Shown here: positions 61,601 through 64,000 of the stretch, in pieces
Layout: each line of letters begins with the position of its first letter
How positions within the stretch are numbered: position 1 is the first letter of the stretch
Assembly: GCF_001447785.1 (NCBI RefSeq)
Contig: NW_015160219.1
Span: 22,650 to 86,649, forward strand
Direction: 5' to 3'
Length of the DNA: 64,000 nucleotides
Source: Gekko japonicus
Lineage: Eukaryota
The notes under the pieces: generated by a model
The model's input: only the letters and a program-made list of their open reading frames with translations
Database searches by the model: none
Told to the model about the DNA's origin: nothing
Program-made: the position numbers and the translations under genes

Positions 61601-63532
61601 GTGAAAGATATGGGTTGCCAGACCAGAAGGCATGACAGTCCCTTCCATCTTCCCACTCATATCTCCTCTGTATAGGCTGGGATTATCCCAGACAAAGCAG
61701 CAGTGGCAAGCAAAGCACAAGGCATATTTGTGAATGATCGTGGTGGTTGTTTGTGTGTATTCAGCAGTAATCTACAGATGCTGAAGAGAATGTGAGAGTC
61801 CCCTTTCATCAGGCTACCTCAGAGTTCCAGGTTACCCAGATTGAAATATACTGGGTTTGAGACCCGTGTAGTGATCAGCTCATAGTTTATTGTGAATCAG
61901 CTCAAACTAAGGACAACTCTAGCAGGACCGAAGCCCTGCTTAAATCCGTGCACAACACCTCACCCCACAAATACCCACTACCCATGATAGGCTATTTATA
62001 GTGCGACTCCTGGTCTATAGGTTCCTTCCAGCAGCCTAGCTATCTATTGTTCTAGGTTTCAAGCTTGGTCAGTCAATGCCGGGCCCAGGACATAACACAG
62101 ATCTTCTGTCTCAGATATCGAGTCTCTAAGGATATAGCCAAAAGTTGGGATCTGGCAGACAGGTCGTGGGAAACAGCCTGATTAGGCCTGGATTATTGAG
62201 GTGGAAACTGATGGACTTGGCGGTACAGCAAGCTCTCGAGCCCCACCTGAACTTGCTGCAGATCCTGACAAGGCTAAAGCCCGGAAACCTCAAGTCAAGC
62301 CCTCAGCCCTTGGAATTCCCAGCTTGCACCTGCCACCCACAGTTGGCAAAGCTGGGAGAGCCTCAACAGTGGTGGTGGCTAAGGATGGTTTGGAGGAGAG
62401 ATTTCAGAAGAATGGGTATAGCTCACAGGTCTGTTCTCCACTGTGTCCCCAAGCCTTGAAGGACTTTTGCTTGGGTGATACCCTCCCACCCCATGTCGCA
62501 GTGCTATGTATATGCAGGGAAGAAGATATCTACAAGTTACTGTCTTGACAATAGTTATTGTAGATCAAGGTGCTGCTGCTGAACTTTAAAGCCTGATATG
62601 GTTTGGGACCAACATACATGAAAGACACCTACTCCCTTTAGATCCTACCTAACCACTAAAGTCATCTTTGGAGGCCCTGCTTAAAGTGCCCCCACTTTCT
62701 GAGAGTAGGCAGCTGGCAGCCAAGGACAGGGCCTTCTTGGTAGTGGCTCTCTGCAGGGAGATTTGTCTGTTCCCTTCTGTTGGCATGTTCTGCCAGTGAA
62801 TGGAGAATTTTTTGTTTTGTTTGGCATTCCCTCAGTGGTCCTTCCTGCCCAGTGTTTTTAATTGTTGCTTTTGTATGTATTTTAGCTCTGGTTAATTGTT
62901 TCAGTGATGGGTTTTGAGGTGAGAGAGAGAGGAGAGATTGGATTTATACCCCACCCTTCACTACCCAAAGGAGTCTCAGAGCGGCTTACAAACTCCTTTC
63001 CCTTCCCCTCCCCACAACAGACACCCTGTGAGGTAGGTGGGGCTGAGAGAGCTCTTGACAGAAACTGCTCTTTTTCAAGAACTGCTCTTATCAGAACTAC
63101 GGCCTGCCCAAGGTCATCCAGCCAGGTGCAAGTGGAGGAGTGGGGAATCAAACCCGGTTCTCCCAGATTAGAGTCCACGCACTTAACCACTACACCAAAC
63201 TGGAGGTGGTTTAATGGTTTTAAAATCTGATTTTATTGCGTTTTAATTTTTTAGTAGCCTAAGTGGCCTTTCTGAGGGGGAAAAAGTGAATGCAAAGTTT
63301 GTAAAATAAAATAAACAAATTGCCTTCCTGCTTTAGGTATGCGTGATTGACTTAACGTTCTGTTATTTTTGTTTGTTTCTTGGTGCAGCCAGACATTACA
63401 CTGGATACCTGGCTGGAGGGCTTGCTGCACTGGTATTCATTACAGCTGTTCTTGTATTAATCTGCATGTTGTTCAAGATTGACATCATACTTTGGTACCG
63501 AAAGTCATGCCATTTGTTTCTTGGGAAAAAAG
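49609..63532 (+). CDS. IL1RL2: Interleukin-1 receptor-like 2 (IL-36 receptor)-like, 3'-partial: join(49609..49666,51368..51608,53962..54148,55617..55779,57442..57507,58544..58667,61278..61414,63389..63532)
   Basis: Eight exons with the same phases as the upstream gene and an open frame. All 10 ectodomain Cys are present. FVCHAG..AYI and YLAGGLAALV..FKIDIILWYR match the IL1RL2 pattern as recalled. Position downstream of IL1R1 fits the conserved cluster order. Confidence 0.8.
51368..51608 (+). CDS. IL1RL2: IL1RL2 exon: Ig1
   Basis: ENCTVQ..GQPFWIDC..NLSWYRNGS..SRIHQ..DSGSYTCVV. Confidence 0.9.
53962..54148 (+). CDS. IL1RL2: IL1RL2 exon: D1-D2 linker and Ig2a
   Basis: STRCYK..NSDGQCFN..KLVCH..IRWYK; AG/GT flanks. 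Confidence 0.9.
55617..55779 (+). CDS. IL1RL2: IL1RL2 exon: Ig2b
   Basis: ECKQLDGERF..NDSGKYQCKATYTYEGNKYNIS; G/GTAAGT donor. Confidence 0.9.
57442..57507 (+). CDS. IL1RL2: IL1RL2 exon: D2-D3 linker
   Basis: EILYPRNNTIEAEL; phase 1-1. Confidence 0.9.
58544..58667 (+). CDS. IL1RL2: IL1RL2 exon: Ig3a
   Basis: GSSVFVECNVS..SWKVN; GA/GTAAGT donor. Confidence 0.9.
59150..60153. mobile_element. Solo LTR (~1 kb) nested in an older AGGGTTGCCA-type repeat
   Basis: TGTAGT..ACTACA inverted termini and 5-bp TSD GGAGG; host repeat halves at about 59074-59149 and 60154-60296. Confidence 0.75.
60791..61131. mobile_element. hAT-type MITE, same family as 48729
   Basis: TIR CAG(G/A)GGTCATTTCG; perfect TSD CTAGCGAC. 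Confidence 0.85.
61278..61414 (+). CDS. IL1RL2: IL1RL2 exon: Ig3b
   Basis: VPLNITVLKQEDYGERFVCHAGKVAAYI; A/GTATGT donor. Confidence 0.9.
62922..63202 (-). mobile_element. tRNA-derived SINE, Squam3-like (partial copy at 48578-48695)
   Basis: Reverse complement of the 17776 element; GAGGTG on both sides. Confidence 0.8.
63389..63532 (+). CDS. IL1RL2: IL1RL2 exon: transmembrane segment
   Basis: GYLAGGLAALVFITAVLVLICMLFKIDIILWYR; 144 nt, like the paralogous IL1R1 exon. Confidence 0.92.
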
Positions 63533-64000
63533 GTAATTCCACATTACATTCTGAATCACTGTGAATGGCTTAAATAAAAGCTGTATCTGTAACCAGAGGC
63601 AAAGAAGAAAAGCTACAGCAAATAAACCAGCATTGGCAAATAGCAACCTCTACAGACGTCAGGATAAGAAGGCTGCTGGTAACTGCTAAGAATGGAGACC
63701 GGTTTTTATGTTATGGGAATGGTGTGACTGATGCTGCTTTGTGTCATTTTTCATATTATCTTGAATGATTGAACACTAGAGGTTTTGTAGGCAGCATCGT
63801 CATTCTATCTGCAGGGACTGGCAACCTTGTCTTTAGACGTAAACCCGTTGCCAGTCCCTCCCATGAAGTCTCCTCTTCACACTTCAAAACATTATTGTAG
63901 CCACATGGGAAGCAAACCCCAGGAATCTCTACAACCATGACCCTAAATCAGGATGTTTCATAAGTCACTTAAATATACTATGCAAGCTCCGTTGGCTGGT

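Overview
Vertebrate genomic DNA, inferred from its repeats to be squamate reptile (probably a gecko), covering part of the interleukin-1 receptor gene cluster. Two + strand multi-exon genes can be spliced by hand with GT-AG junctions and consistent phases. The first is a complete IL1R1-like receptor (10 coding exons, 15569-37830, 1656 nt, 551 aa; signal peptide, 3 Ig domains, TM, TIR). The second is the first 8 coding exons of an IL1RL2 (IL-36R)-like receptor (49609-63532), whose TIR exons lie beyond the window. The introns are full of mobile DNA: an internally deleted Gypsy element with a tRNA-Ser PBS (partly duplicated), solo LTRs, CR1/L1/L2/BovB fragments, Sauria, Squam-type and 5S-derived SINEs, hAT and Harbinger-like MITEs, and about a dozen Penelope-like pseudo-LTR relics. 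Main observations: (1) minimal hammerhead ribozyme motifs of two Penelope families in the receptor introns, two of them sense to the IL1R1 pre-mRNA; (2) paired Cys-to-Tyr loss of a D2 disulfide in IL1R1; (3) a 5'-truncated Sauria SINE bracketed by a ~445-bp direct repeat; (4) a uORF-rich 5' exon with an in-frame upstream ATG. Almost all entries in the ORF track are spurious. No prokaryote-type system or CRISPR array is present. Family names are from memory, not database searches.
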